DNA of 58,765 nt, counting the filler, from Jimgerdemannia flammicorona (taxonomy: Eukaryota), in assembly GCA_003990765.1 (NCBI GenBank). It is 2 parts of 2 records of this genome, joined end to end, with 100 filler letters (N's around TTAATTAATTAA, not from the genome) between each part and the next. Parts side by side here need not be neighbours in the genome. Positions count along the whole stretch, not along the records: positions 1 to 29,333 come from RBNJ01000504.1; 1 more part is not named here. One strand, given 5' to 3'. A program made the translations under genes and the position numbers. Numbering within the stretch: position 1 is the first letter of the stretch; each line of letters starts with the position of its first letter. Shown here piece by piece: positions 1 through 11,470 of this stretch. The notes under the pieces were generated by a model, which was not told the DNA's origin, made no database searches, and saw only the letters and a list, made by a program, of their open reading frames with translations.

Positions 1-323
1 GTGGAGCTTAAGAGTGGCATGCATGGAAAGGAGCTTGCTTTGGATGGTTAGTACATGAATCACTGTTATGTCGGCAACTAACCCCTTTCACGTGATCCGT
101 TTCCGTCTCCAGTTCCAACGGGCAACAGTCACTGAAGCTGGTGTCCAGATTACTGCGCCATACTCGGTGGAAACCGAGTGGGGGTTCGCCGAGGTGGGTT
201 ACGGCGCGTAATGCTACGAAGGAGTCGCTCGATAACCTTGTAGGATTTATAGTGCAATATGAAAATGAATAGTCAATACATCTTTGAGAGTCGATGTAAA
301 GGAGTTTTGGTTGCTATTGTCAT
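1..323 (-). CDS. Possible 5' end of a divergently transcribed spliced gene, product unknown
   Basis: ATG at 323. Putative introns 279-237 and 82-34 (GTTAGT donor, TACTAAC branch site) join an open frame MTIATKTPLHRLSKMLSSDSF...DHVKG|LLSMHATLKLH. Both introns are very short with AAG acceptors, so the model is weak. Confidence 0.25.
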
Positions 324-677
324 GGTTGCCTTATTTGTTATTCGTAGTGGTCGATGTCGATGGAAGTAAATCGTAACCATGCTATAAATTGTCATGCCTT
401 GAGCGGGATCGCTGGGTTGTATCATGACCCGCAAAAATCTTAATCAAGCGAGCTACGCAAGCAAATAATCCACTCCGCGCAACACCTGCAACTCAAAAAA
501 GGGAAGAGGGGGGGGGCGAACGAATCGGCATTCTGCCCATATCGACCCTTATTTGACTGAACGTGCTTTCGCTTCAGCTCTACACGCTGGCTTCTGGATT
601 TCTAAATGTGGCGCGGTGTCAGGTGACTTCAGGGTTCCTTTAGTAAGCACACCTTTGTGTAGGTCGTCAGTACGAAA

Positions 678-1169
678 AGTAAGTTGCCGTTTTGTTGAGA
701 CTCGCTGCGCTCGTTTCTGTCTTGAAGACATTAAGAATGAACTCTGAAGTCACCTCTATCAATGACAATATCTGATTCGACATCCTCCAGTGGCCAAGAA
801 AGCGAAAGCAAGGTATCCTGATCCTTGCATTCTGGGCTATGTATACAAATGCATTGACTTACACACTACGCTGCTTCCCCTATTTCTTTGGCAGAGTTAT
901 CCTCGTCAAGCTCCTCTCTAGCGCCGGCACCGGCTACTTCTACGTCAGGAGCCGGCCCCGCACGTTGCCCAAGCTGTCCTTTATCAAGTTTGATCCCAGA
1001 GGTAGGCGTGCAAAGATCCTTTACCGAAAGTGTGAGGTGGGAAGGCAGAGAGATGGACTCAGCTCCCCCTGACCGATTTCGATTTTGTTCTTCTGCGTTT
1101 TGTTTGCGGCCCTGCGGTCCTGCGGTAGTCAACCAGCGCGTCCTGTTCACCGAAGCCAAGATGAAATGA
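678..1169 (+). CDS. MRPL39: Mitochondrial large-subunit ribosomal protein bL33m (L33 family), 56 aa; coding exons 678, 791-812, 895-1001, 1129-1169
   Basis: Three GT-AG introns (679-790, 813-894, 1002-1128) give a 171-nt frame: MAKKAKARVILVKLLSSAGTGYFYVRSRPRTLPKLSFIKFDPRVNQRVLFTEAKMK*. It carries the L33 signature KLxSxAGTGYFY...KFDPxV...LFxExK. Confidence 0.93.
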
Positions 1170-2090
1170 AGCGACAAGATAGTGTATAGACCGAAAACCC
1201 CTCATGGTCGACATGCCAATAACCCTCATGCTCGACATGTAGCTACTCATCTAAATAGGAATATCTTTATTTCATTGGAGAGGCATGGTTGGGTCGAGGG
1301 TGGTCAGAGAAGAATGAATCAATGACGGGCTGCAATGCTGCATGCAATTTTTTTTTTTCCAATGTGAATGGACTGGGTGTCCGCGATGCCGAGGTGGCGA
1401 CCGCTCAAAAAATCGTGATCAATGTTGACTATCGAAATTTGTTAAAATCACTTGACTAGTCTTGAATAGTCCTTTTTCCATAGCGAGAACGAAAACAAAA
1501 ACAAAATCCACATGCCCGCGTCTCGAGCGCTAAGCAGAAAGCCGATCTCGAGTGGCAAAAGCAACTCCTCCTCAATAAACACCCCCAATACAAGCTAATC
1601 TCAGACATTGGGAGTGGAATCAACTTCAAGAGACCTGGGTTGCATTCCTTATTGGAATGTTCACATTATGGGCTGGTTAAAGATGTATTATTTCCAAGTG
1701 GCATCCATCCATCTTCATCTTTGACATTGATATCTGTCCCTGACTAGTTTTTTATTTAAATATTAGATTGTTCTTACTCAAAGAGATTGTCTTTGTTGCT
1801 TCACCTTTCAACTTAATAGAACCAAAATTGTGATTCTTTTAGCAGATAATCTCTTCTCTGATGATGACTCTAAAGAACTTACAGAGGATATCCTTGCAAT
1901 AAATACTATCTTTATCTGCTGGCTTCAAGGTTGACAGGTAGGCTAATATTAGCAGCTCAGACAGTAGCAGCAATAAGTCCAAACAGTACTATCACAAGAA
2001 GTAACAATTAATGATATAGTCAATAAAAATAAATGTATACTCAAGACAAAATCAATTAATGAGACAATAAATGAGCTATACTAGATAAGT

Positions 2091-2114
2091 TATCATCCTG
2101 ATATCAGGATGATA
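2091..2114. repeat. Perfect 24-bp palindrome
   Basis: TATCATCCTGATATCAGGATGATA equals its own reverse complement. Confidence 0.95.
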
Positions 2115-2502
2115 TATTTATCTTAATATTAATTAGATACTATGTTTAAACTTATTGTTATTTAATATAGTAGTTGCAGATTATCAGTATATTCTCAAAG
2201 ACTACTTAGTATTGATACTTTATAGAAACAGTATTATATAGTGATCGCATTAGTGATCTGGATATGGAATATTATCTAGGATGAGTATTGAGATTGTAGA
2301 TAAATGCTCAAAGATCATATTTATTCTAACTTATATATTTATATATAATATATTCCAAAACTAAACTAATGTTTTATTAAATTTCAAATTTCAATTATTT
2401 AAATAAAAATACTCTATATCCCTTACCCTGTAGTCATATGCAGACAAATTTGTATGACGTTATCTGTATCCCTGTAAATAATGATAATGGTGATAAGAAC
2501 TT

Positions 2503-2766
2503 CTTTAACCTCTTCACATGCTCAAAGATCTCTTCAAAGATCCTAATTCTAAGGTGTAATAGATATATTTTGACTTTATATCGTGCCTGGTTATGATTTG
2601 ACATCTATGGCTCTGATCTGAGCTCTTTAACAGCTCACATGCTCAAAGATCCTTTCAAAGATCCCTCCGAAGGTGTAATCTAGGTATGTAATCAGGTGTA
2701 ATTTGACTCTTTGTGGTGTCTGGTTATGATTTTGACATCTGTGGCTCAAACCGTTTGTAATCTGAG
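2503..2766. repeat. Diverged tandem duplication, two units of ~120-140 bp
   Basis: ctttaac..cacatgctcaaagatc..ttcaaagatcc..aaggtgtaat..tggttatgatttgacatct.tggctc occurs from ~2503 and again from ~2623. Confidence 0.85.
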
Positions 2767-2833
2767 ATTGATCTCACTCTTTCATATATAAAATCTCTTT
2801 TTCGACAATTATGCACCAATCAACATCTTGAAA

Positions 2834-3007
2834 ATGGCACAGGAAGAGCTATCGAATACAGTCTCCAACATCTGCAAAGACCTTCATCATCTTAGTGATG
2901 ACCATCATCGCCTTAATGAAGATCATCTACACCTTGACGAAGACCATCAATGCCTCAACAAAGACCATCAATGTCTCATGGCTGAATTTCAGAAACTAAA
3001 ACAGTAA
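2834..3007 (+). other. Short ORF (57 aa) built from 21-nt repeats encoding LxxDHxx heptads
   Basis: MAQEELSNTVSNICKDLHHLSDDHHRLNEDHLHLDEDHQCLNKDHQCLMAEFQKLKQ*. Whether it is coding is unproven. Confidence 0.35.
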
Positions 3008-3145
3008 TTCTCGTTGACTTCGTCCGTTGGTAACTATTACAGCAATTGTACAATGCTTATGCATTTGTGTGTGATTGACAAGGTCCACGGTGCTTATGCA
3101 TTCATGTCTCAGTGTTTGGAGCATCTGTAAGTAAGTACCAATTTC

Positions 3146-3176
<31 letters not shown>

Positions 3177-3259
3177 CTAGATATATCTTTATTAAATTTC
3201 TACTCAAACTAACTTAGAATGAATGTACAAATATCAAGATAACTAAACTTTAATATTTC

Positions 3260-5160
3260 ATCGTATGATATTCAGTGAAGTAGGTACATTGCTTATTGAT
3301 ACATAATACGACATTACAAGACTGGCAGATGATGTTACTTTATGGTGAGTTCTGCGTATTGATTTCGATGCGACCTATCTTCTCCAGATAACGATACCAG
3401 ATGTACGCCTCACGTTTTTCTTGATATTTCGGGAAATGATCACCAGGGGTAAGTCGGGCCAGATCTAGGTTGTGAGATTTGGTAATGCAATGTTTTTTTG
3501 GTAGCGGATCTGGTATTGTCGTCAATTCTTCCCTTACACGACTGTGTGTTTTTCTTTGTGTTTCGTTTCCGCTTTCTTTTTCATTTGCAAGCTTTATAAG
3601 ATCCCAAGCTATATCGAGCCGGAACGTAACCTGAGTCATTGTCGATCTGACCATCTGATGCACCAGGTATGAATTAACGATTACTGTATCTAACAACCAA
3701 AAGAAAAGCGGCATCCAAGTCCGTTTAGCTTTGATCTGTGTATTGTAATATCCACAACATTGGTCAGCAATGTCAACTCCTCCTATATGATGGTTGTAAT
3801 CATCAATAACTTTTGAAATCACTAGTTTCTTTCGTGCATCATTTCCCCAGGTTTCTTGAACTTGCATGGCATTATTGATGGTGGGTCTTGGACGGCGCCA
3901 GCTGTGCACAATCTTCCATTCAGCTCCAATAAGTTCATGAACAGTCGTTAGCATGGTGACCATGCCATTATCTATCTATACCAATGCTAGAACATTGTCA
4001 ATAATTACATCCAAGGTTGTATTCCAATCATGCATTGCTTTTTTGCCAATCTTAAGCAGTTCTGGGAACTGTTTTGACCTCTGTCTAACTGTTCCACATG
4101 CTCCAATTTCCTTTGATCGTAGATATTTGAATAATGCAATGTTGGAGAAGTAGTTGTCCATATAGATATCGAATACCTGAATATTGAATGGCAACTGTTC
4201 AACAAGATGAACCACAGAAGATACATACTGTTTTGCTAAGCCCCTCAATCCACTCAATTTCTCCATTATTGACGGTGTACGAAGTTGGGAGAAATGTCCA
4301 CATATAACTGTAATCGCATAGTATGAAGATTTTGAAGCCTTCATCGATTGGTTTATGTTTCATTCAGTATGTATCTCTGCTATGGCCTGAAAATCGTACT
4401 ATCATCTTGTCAATGGACATGTTGGAACTTGAGAGATAGATAGATTGGGAAGTTGTTCGGATGTGGGAAAGCAACAGTTCAAGCTTTGCATAGTAGTCAC
4501 TATGTATTGTGAACACCATGCAGGGAGACGTGAAGGAATTATTTAATTTGTTAGAACCGATAACAGGACATATATTCAAGTATTCTATGCACTGGTTTTT
4601 GAACATCGTTATTCCAAAGCCACTCTAGATCCCTTCCTGCACAGAAAATACCAAAGTATATGCAAATGGCAATGAAGATGATGAGCTCCGGTATAGTTAG
4701 ATCTTTCTATGTTCTGCCAGTTTTTCCGGCATCCTTGTCTGCAGCATAGTAATTCGTTCTGTTGACGATAGTTTTCAGCATTATGTCAGGAAAGAATAGA
4801 TGGAAAACATCAATACCGGATGGGGTTTCACCAAGATGATCGGGAAGAGCAGAACATCTTAGGAGAATAGGCTTCATGTGTTTGAGCTATGCAAATTCAG
4901 GAACTGCAGGTAAGTCCTTTTTTTCATTGGGGTCTTGAATGCCAATCGTCACTGTCGATGATTTTTTTTTGGTCCCCTTTGGCATCACCATCGATAATTT
5001 GTTTTTGGACCCCTTTGGTCTTCCTCTCTTTCGTTTGATGCTTTCGTTGATATTTTGTGCCTTCTGTTTTCCCTTTCTTTTGGATTCATCAGATTTATCT
5101 TTGGATTCTTTATCGGGGTCTTGAATGAAGTCGTCAAGCTGCTCAAACTGATGCATGCAG
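3260..5160 (-). pseudogene. piggyBac (DDE_Tnp_1_7 / PGBD-like) transposase, decayed
   Basis: Motifs in order: SIDKMIVRFSG, IYMDNYFSNIALFKYLRSKEIGACGTVR, DYNHHIGGVDIADQ, RTWMPLFFWLLD..IVNSY, and a C-terminal Cys-rich ICQSCNVVLC. N-terminal AT-hook-like KRKRGRPKG. Broken by stops and frameshifts; TIRs not found. Confidence 0.9.
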
Positions 5161-5454
5161 CCAGTAATGAGGTATGCATGCAGCCAGCAATGAGGCATAC
5201 ATGCAACCAGCAATAAGGCTAACATGATTGGCTCTTCAACACTGCAACTTGAGTGCTCGATATCTGTCATCGACATTCTACAACTTGGTCACCTTTCAGC
5301 ACCTGCCCTCTACTCTACATAGGAAATTTATTTGCAATTTGACATGCGCAGGTGCCTTAAAGACTGACAGTACATATATAGGGCATTCATTCTTGATGTG
5401 TCTTGCATTGCATATATTGTACATTTTACAAAGACTCTAATCTTTTTGCATTAT

Positions 5455-5740
5455 ACCGCTCACTGCTCACGGCTCCACCAATCCACCGTTCAACCACTCC
5501 ACTACTCTCCACTCTACTGCTCACCACTTACTGCTCCACTGCTTACCACTCACAGCTCCACTGCTCACCACTCACCCCTCCACCGCTCACCACTCACCAC
5601 TCACCGCTCACTGCTCCACTGCTTACTGCTCACTGCTCTACTACTCACTGCTCACTGCTCTACTGCTCACTATTCCACCACTCACTCACCACTCACTACT
5701 CCACCACTCACTGCTCCACTACTCACCGCTCTACCACTTT
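5455..5740. repeat. Low-complexity CACT/CACTGCT/CAC-rich degenerate repeat
   Basis: Repeated cactgctcac, cactcac and ccactc units. Confidence 0.9.
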
Positions 5741-6064
5741 ACTATTTACCTTGAGTCAGACTCAGATAGAGACAGGATTGGCCATTAATAGCCATTACTA
5801 GCTGGTCATATCATCATAACCAACTGGTTAGACTGCAAAGACAGGGCTTCTTCCCAAAGCCTTGAGCTGCGGCGAGGAAAATGATCGGTCCCCACCGCTG
5901 TGGCTGCCCTTGAGGTCTGGAGCAAGGCTTTTGAGTACTGGAGTCCCAGAGAGAGTTTGCCAAGGACACTTCCGAGGTCACTGAGGGGAGGCGGAGAAAG
6001 GTTGCCAATGACTTGCTACTAATGCTAATAGACCTCAAACATAAGAATAATGGAGATTATACAA

Positions 6065-6320
6065 AGTGGGTGGTTGCTCTCTTTATTAGTTGCTCTATCT
6101 GTTTTCTTTATTTGGTAATCACACTAATATGTGGCTCGTTTCTTCTTGTTAGACCAGCAATAAGATGGGTGTTTCCAGTCCAATGCCTCACTTATTTCTC
6201 CTTTGTTAAAGAAATAATGGGAACAATAAAGGTGGGTGATTGTTCTCTTTATTCATTGCTCGATTTGTTTTCTTTATTGGCTCGTTTCTCCATTGTTAGG
6301 GGAACAATGCGACCAGCAAG
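6065..6320. repeat. Diverged direct repeat pair of ~90 bp
   Basis: gtggg..ttg.tctcttt.att..ttgctc.at.tgttttcttta..ggctcgtttct...ttgttag..accagcaa occurs at ~6065-6160 and ~6231-6320. Confidence 0.7.
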
Positions 6321-6729
6321 TTAACACTATACTAACACTATAAATCTCTGAATATTTTCCATAAGATTTCCAATCAATTTCCTAGATTACAAGCATGATA
6401 GTTGCAAGTATGATAATTGGTAAGATAATGTCTTTCACTAACTTAATATGGTTAGTTTACCTAGATTTTGTTTCCCAACTTAAAAGGCAGTTACTTGACA
6501 ATGACTGTGCAACAGTCCCGATTTAATTGGGCTTATTGCCCTCTTCCTTTTTATTACTTCTTGCCTTCGAGTAACTTTGACACTTCTGATCTTTTGATTC
6601 CTACATACCTCTCTTGACAATAATAGCAACAGAAGATACGTATATCAGTTTTGCTACTTAATGCTTTCTTTTAGTTTAAAATATTTCGCTCTCCTTAATT
6701 TGCCTGTCTTGTTAATGAATTGCAGGATA

Positions 6730-8222
6730 ATGAGTAATGACTATACTTGCCAAGAAGTACCTGGCATCGCCCGCTATTTCGCTACCACATGCTGGCATGA
6801 GTGGAGCTGTGTGAATTTTTTGAAGTCCATCTGGAGTATAAAGGGAATCGATCTCCGGGATAAGGCTTCATTGCATCTCTCATTTAAGGAAAGTCTTTCC
6901 CACATCTGAGCTACTGAACCACCATCTGATGTTGTTAGCCGAATCGATTATCTTACTGATTCCCATCTTAAGATGTGTTCTCTATAAGCATATGATATCA
7001 TTCGGAATACAATTATAATACAGCTTGTCTCTCTTCTAAGAATTCCCAGGAGGAGATTAAAGCATTCTGGAATTCAATCAAGTTTCCTGAGGTATGTATC
7101 TCTTTGTACTGCTTGTGTCATAGTTATGTACCACAAGCTGACAGTTGTATTTTTTTTTTTTTTTTGCAAATATAATCACTAGAGATGAGAGACACCGAAC
7201 GAGAATGATTATGTGTTGGAAAGTGGAGTCAATATTATGACAGTTCTCAGGGGAAAAGATGTCATAGTTGATCTTTCTAGTGAGAAGCCATGTGAGAATG
7301 TCGCCGTGGCAGATTGGAAGGAGATGTAGAGCAATTTCGAGTGTACATTGGAGGTATTGAGAGGGGAGATTTCTTTGAACTATCAAAAAGCCGTCAAATT
7401 TCTCTATAAAGGTATCATAAGTATTTATCTTACTTTATTACATACTTGATTTGTCCACTACTTCATGTGTTAAATACATTTTTCATTCTATTTATCTTTT
7501 TGCAGGGAAACATTAAGGAAATGTGACAGAACCTTTGGAGAGGTTTTGCATCCATGCTTCAAGAAATCGAAGTAGTTGTTGAAGATGACAATGACCTAAA
7601 TGATGACATTTGCGGATTAGAGGGGCTTCACATTACTGCCTGTAATATGTAAGTTTGTTTTTTTCTCTCAATCAGTTTGTGAACTCATGAGTTCGGGCCA
7701 TGGCACCCCTTAACCAGAATTTGAGTCACATACTCAGCCATTCTTCCCTTAATTTTTTTGCTATAGGTTACATTCCTACTCAACGGGTTACGCCATTTCC
7801 AATGAGTTGTCCAAGACAATATTAATTATTTGATTTTTCTCACTGCTCTTTGAGAAAATCATAATGAGTCTATCTGGTAAGTTATTATGGAAGTGGTAAG
7901 ATGTTCTCTAGTTCTCATTGGAAGAGGTTTATGTATCGAATTCCCAGAGGGCACCAATCTAATGTTTCGCCCCGTTTATCCTATTCATAGGGGGGAAAGT
8001 ACACTAATTGTCTCTGTCTCGAGACAGAATAGTGAAATTGAAGATGAGGACTGGGTTCAAATGGGGCAAAGAACGGACATTATTGGATCTCTCTATATGA
8101 ATCAGCTTGAGGTGATGCTCATAGAGTTCTCTCTACCAAGCGAGCAGCTTTACTCGAGCAAAGCATGGGGTGACAGGTCAAAAATTATACAGGGCATGAA
8201 GGATGTCTTGGATAGAATTTTG
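6730..8222 (+). pseudogene. Decayed intron-containing gene with a C-terminal PD-(D/E)xK restriction-endonuclease-like domain (CRN/CR-REase-like); 3' end cut by an LTR-element fragment
   Basis: N-terminus MSNDYTCQEVPGIARYFATTCWHEWSCVNFLKS. Last exon GESTLIVSVSRQN..MGQRTDIIG..LEVMLIEFS..KAWGDRSKIIQGMKDVLDRIL has the GE/D/ExxxxE layout. In-frame stops present. Family assignment is from recall. Confidence 0.5.
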
Positions 8223-9420
8223 CTGATTGCACCAGCATCAGCAATGGTGGCTATATTGAACTTATCTCTGGCAGGTCCTCTGAGGCTGACTGATAGAAGA
8301 GCCAATTGAGCATCTACACCAAGGGCTCATATGGTAGCAAATTGTTCAAAGTCTTCAATGAAGGTCAGGATTGACTCTTCAGTAGTATATCTATAGAATG
8401 TGGGGGGACATATTTCTATCTTATCTTGAATTCTTGCAGGGGTGACTCTTGTAGTCAGGGTGGTTGTTGTGGGGTTGTTTATTTTTCAGCTTGAAAGTGA
8501 GGGATTTGTCTTGAATCACCAGTCAATAGGCACTAAGTTGTTACATAGTGATCGCTGAGTCCTTCAAATATGCCAGATTCTCTTCAAGATATATCTCTTA
8601 GACTAACTCAAGTTTGTTATAAGCAAGTTCTTATTGGAGTACCTTCCCAAGATCTTATAGTTCTCAAACTTCTTATCTTTAACTGTCTTGTTATCTCTTA
8701 GATTGCTTACAAGGAAGTGTGTGTATTGTACTGAGAAGACTGACTTTATTTTAGAGGAAATAAGAGGGGTATTTATATAAAATATAATTCAATGATTACT
8801 AAAATATAAAGCTAAATATAAATTCCAATAACTAAAACTACTAAGTTCTAGGGTTAGCACTGATGGTTGTACAGGTTCAGGATGCTGGTATAATTCAGTA
8901 TTATATCAGAATACTAGTGCTGAAACAATTTCGTGTCACCTCAGAATGCCAGTACTGGAATTATCCAGTGTTACATCAAAATACCGATGCTGGCATTATT
9001 CAGTGTAATAAAGAACTTAGAGCAGAAAGTTAAGGACCATGGGGGCTTCATCATCATCATCATCATTACTGAAGGAGATGAGATCCATGAATTCGTCATG
9101 TAGGTTGCACATTTCACATACTTCGATGTTGCATGGAATGACATCATCACCAATGACATCATCATGTTCAGCAGCAGGGAGGAGGTCTGGGGCTCTCCAG
9201 TCTATAAGGTTCTCTTCCACAAAATAAGAGACAAATGTGGGGTCTTGGGGAGGTCTAATCTGAATGCTTGGGCCTTGGAATACTGAGATCAATTCTTGCA
9301 GAAATTGGTCTAGATTGTCCTGAAGAATGGGATGTCAGAAGTCTTCTACTTTATCACTGTTGAGGGTGATAGTAGACTGAGCTTCTGTGGCCACTCTGAC
9401 TTCTAGTACATTGATACAGC
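8221..9420 (-). mobile_element. 5' fragment of a third LTR retrotransposon ('C'): partial 5' LTR (8539-9420) plus start of gag
   Basis: Minus strand gives gag-like PPTFYRYTTEESILTFIEDFEQFATI*ALGVDAQLALLSVSLRGPARDKF. Candidate LTR end ...GTAACA-act-T(A)GTGCC resembles a decayed PBS. TATAAATACCCC box at ~8766-8777 matches the one in family A LTRs. Confidence 0.6.
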
Positions 9421-11456
9421 TGTAAGTGCACAACCTCCAAGCCACCAAAATTACATGTCACCCTCTGAATAAGCCACTGAAATCACATGTGACCTCTGAA
9501 CAAATCTGGAAATCACCTGCTTGATCATGAAGCTGAGTCAAACCGAAGTCACAGCGCACAAAGCTGAGTCAATATGAAGTCATGGAATACAAGATTTATA
9601 TAAACAGAATCTTACCAATCAGGACCAAATGTATATATACCAAGCACCGAGACACGTCAAAACAGAGAACCAAAACAAACAACAACTATAACTTTCAAAT
9701 ACACAAACATGACCACTGAAATCTATAACTATATCTGTGCTGACATTTGGAATGCCATTGTCAACCGAGCCACACCCCCTCTGCCCCTCTACTTCATGAA
9801 AGCTCGATGGAACGCTCTGAACATGCTTAGTGAGGCCCACCGAATCGGACAAATCTCAAGCTACTACTAGATCGGCCGCCTCCTGGAAGATATGGTTGAA
9901 TACTACCATAATACAGACATTACCCAGATGTCTCAACATCAGAAGCTCATCGCCTGTAAACATCGAGAACTCTTTTATGAGTACAATACCTTTATTTCCC
10001 ACCTCCGAGTCACTATCAGCGAAATAGTTGCTACCCTGTCCTATAGCCAAATCGATAACATAATATAAGAACTCAACCATAAGTATCTCGAATACGTCCA
10101 GACTATAGACAGAACCTTCCCGCACCCTGATGACCATATCCTGCAAATGCCTCAAGTCAGATATGCCATGAAGGACATCTATGATATAATCCACTTCGAC
10201 GAAGATGAAGCAGAAGACAATGATCCCTCTGATGCCAACATGACCTCAAGCCAAGGATCTCTGCCAACTCTGATCATGTCACCAACCTTGCCGATGAACT
10301 TACAACAGTTCATAACCGCATATGAGACTTATTGGGACAATGACCACTGGCACGAATACTAACTTGCGTTTACCCCCGATTACTTTAATTACAATAAAGA
10401 GACTGGAGAACACAACCTGTACCTCCAGACAACTCTCGAGATTGAACCAACAACCCCACCACCTGAGTATGAGCAACATGAACCACAGCCACCAGCTTAC
10501 TACAACCCTGCGACTCATAGTGCTGTAACCTACAGAAGGTATACAGACAGTGAATCCAATGAAAGCGAAGACAATATACCCATCCTTCGCCCACCAACAT
10601 CTTATCCAGCATACGAAACAGACAATACTATCCTGTGGGACAGAGATGAAGTCTCAATGTATTACTACCTCAGCAAACAAGGAAAAGTAATCTGCGAACC
10701 ACTATTCCTAGACAACTACTTTATCAGAGATGATGCTATCGATGGTGATGTCATCGAAGATTACCCAGACAGTGCCTAAACTCATAAATAGCCTAGCAGT
10801 CATAGTATAGTTAGATTAGCTTTGTATGATATGACTGTAAACTGACTTAGCAGTCAGACAATCTCTTGATATATCAGATTACACTTGTACTACGTGACTG
10901 CATTCTGACTCAGCAAGGTACTTAGTGCTACATCCATATTCAGCATAGTCCAGATAGCCCCTCACTAGTATAAATACCCCCTCCCCCAGACCTCAGAATC
11001 TCAGACTCGAATACACAAGAACATTCCTGAATACTTCCCCACAAATATCCCTTCACACAACTACTCCTAGTATAGCAATATCATGAATAGCAAATAAACC
11101 TATTCCATAACTCACAAACTACTCTTAAGTAAATCTGCTCCCTGTTAGGTCCCACTCCTAACCCTGTCACGAAATTTCCTAATTGGGTATTGTCTGCAGC
11201 GATACGCCAATTCAACTAAGCTGGCCTTAGTTTCTTAAACTTCCTGAAATACGGAAAATCCTGAATATCCAGAACTAGTCCAAAAAAGGACTTTGATTGA
11301 GACATCAACCCGAACTTGAAATAAATAAGCGTAGAGGATGTACTCCATATGAAATTGATCTTGACCACAAGAAAATGGTCTTCCAGAACATCCAGAATAC
11401 CCAGAAAACCCTTCCAGAACTACATAACGGTTACCCTAAAAAGTAACCCTCTTACA
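9421..11456 (+). repeat. Family A 5' LTR (2036 bp)
   Basis: Inverted termini TGTAAG/CTTACA; aligns with 17755-19785 and 21174-23214; TATAAATACCCC at ~10969. Confidence 0.95.
9709..10779 (+). pseudogene. Accessory ORF inside family A LTR U3 (consensus 365 aa; this copy has an in-frame 27-nt deletion)
   Basis: MTTEIYN.ICADIWNAIVNRATPPLP...QISSYYQIGRLLEDM...DDAIDGDVIEDYPDSA*. Start and stop are in frame in all three forward LTRs; internal stops are C>T/G>A type and fall at different codons. Confidence 0.8.
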
Positions 11457-11459
11457 ACT

Positions 11460-11470
11460 TGGTAGCAACG
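11460..11470 (+). promoter_or_regulatory. Primer-binding site, initiator tRNA-Met-like
   Basis: TGGTAGCA starts 3 nt after the LTR; same motif at 23218 in copy 2. TGGTAGC is complementary to the 3' end of eukaryotic tRNAiMet. Confidence 0.7.

Noticed and set aside
549..1250. Unspliced ORFs overlapping the L33 gene
   Set aside because: Explained as read-through or antisense frames of the spliced bL33m gene.
5398..5801. His/Thr/Leu-rich ORFs
   Set aside because: Translations of the CACT low-complexity tract.
2506..6330. piggyBac TIR pair with TTAA TSD
   Set aside because: TTAACCTCTT at 2506 has no recognisable inverted partner on the other side of the transposase.
11085..11280. Extension of the gag frame to the ATG at 11085
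   Set aside because: Several stops in this stretch are identical in all three LTRs, so they are ancestral rather than decay.
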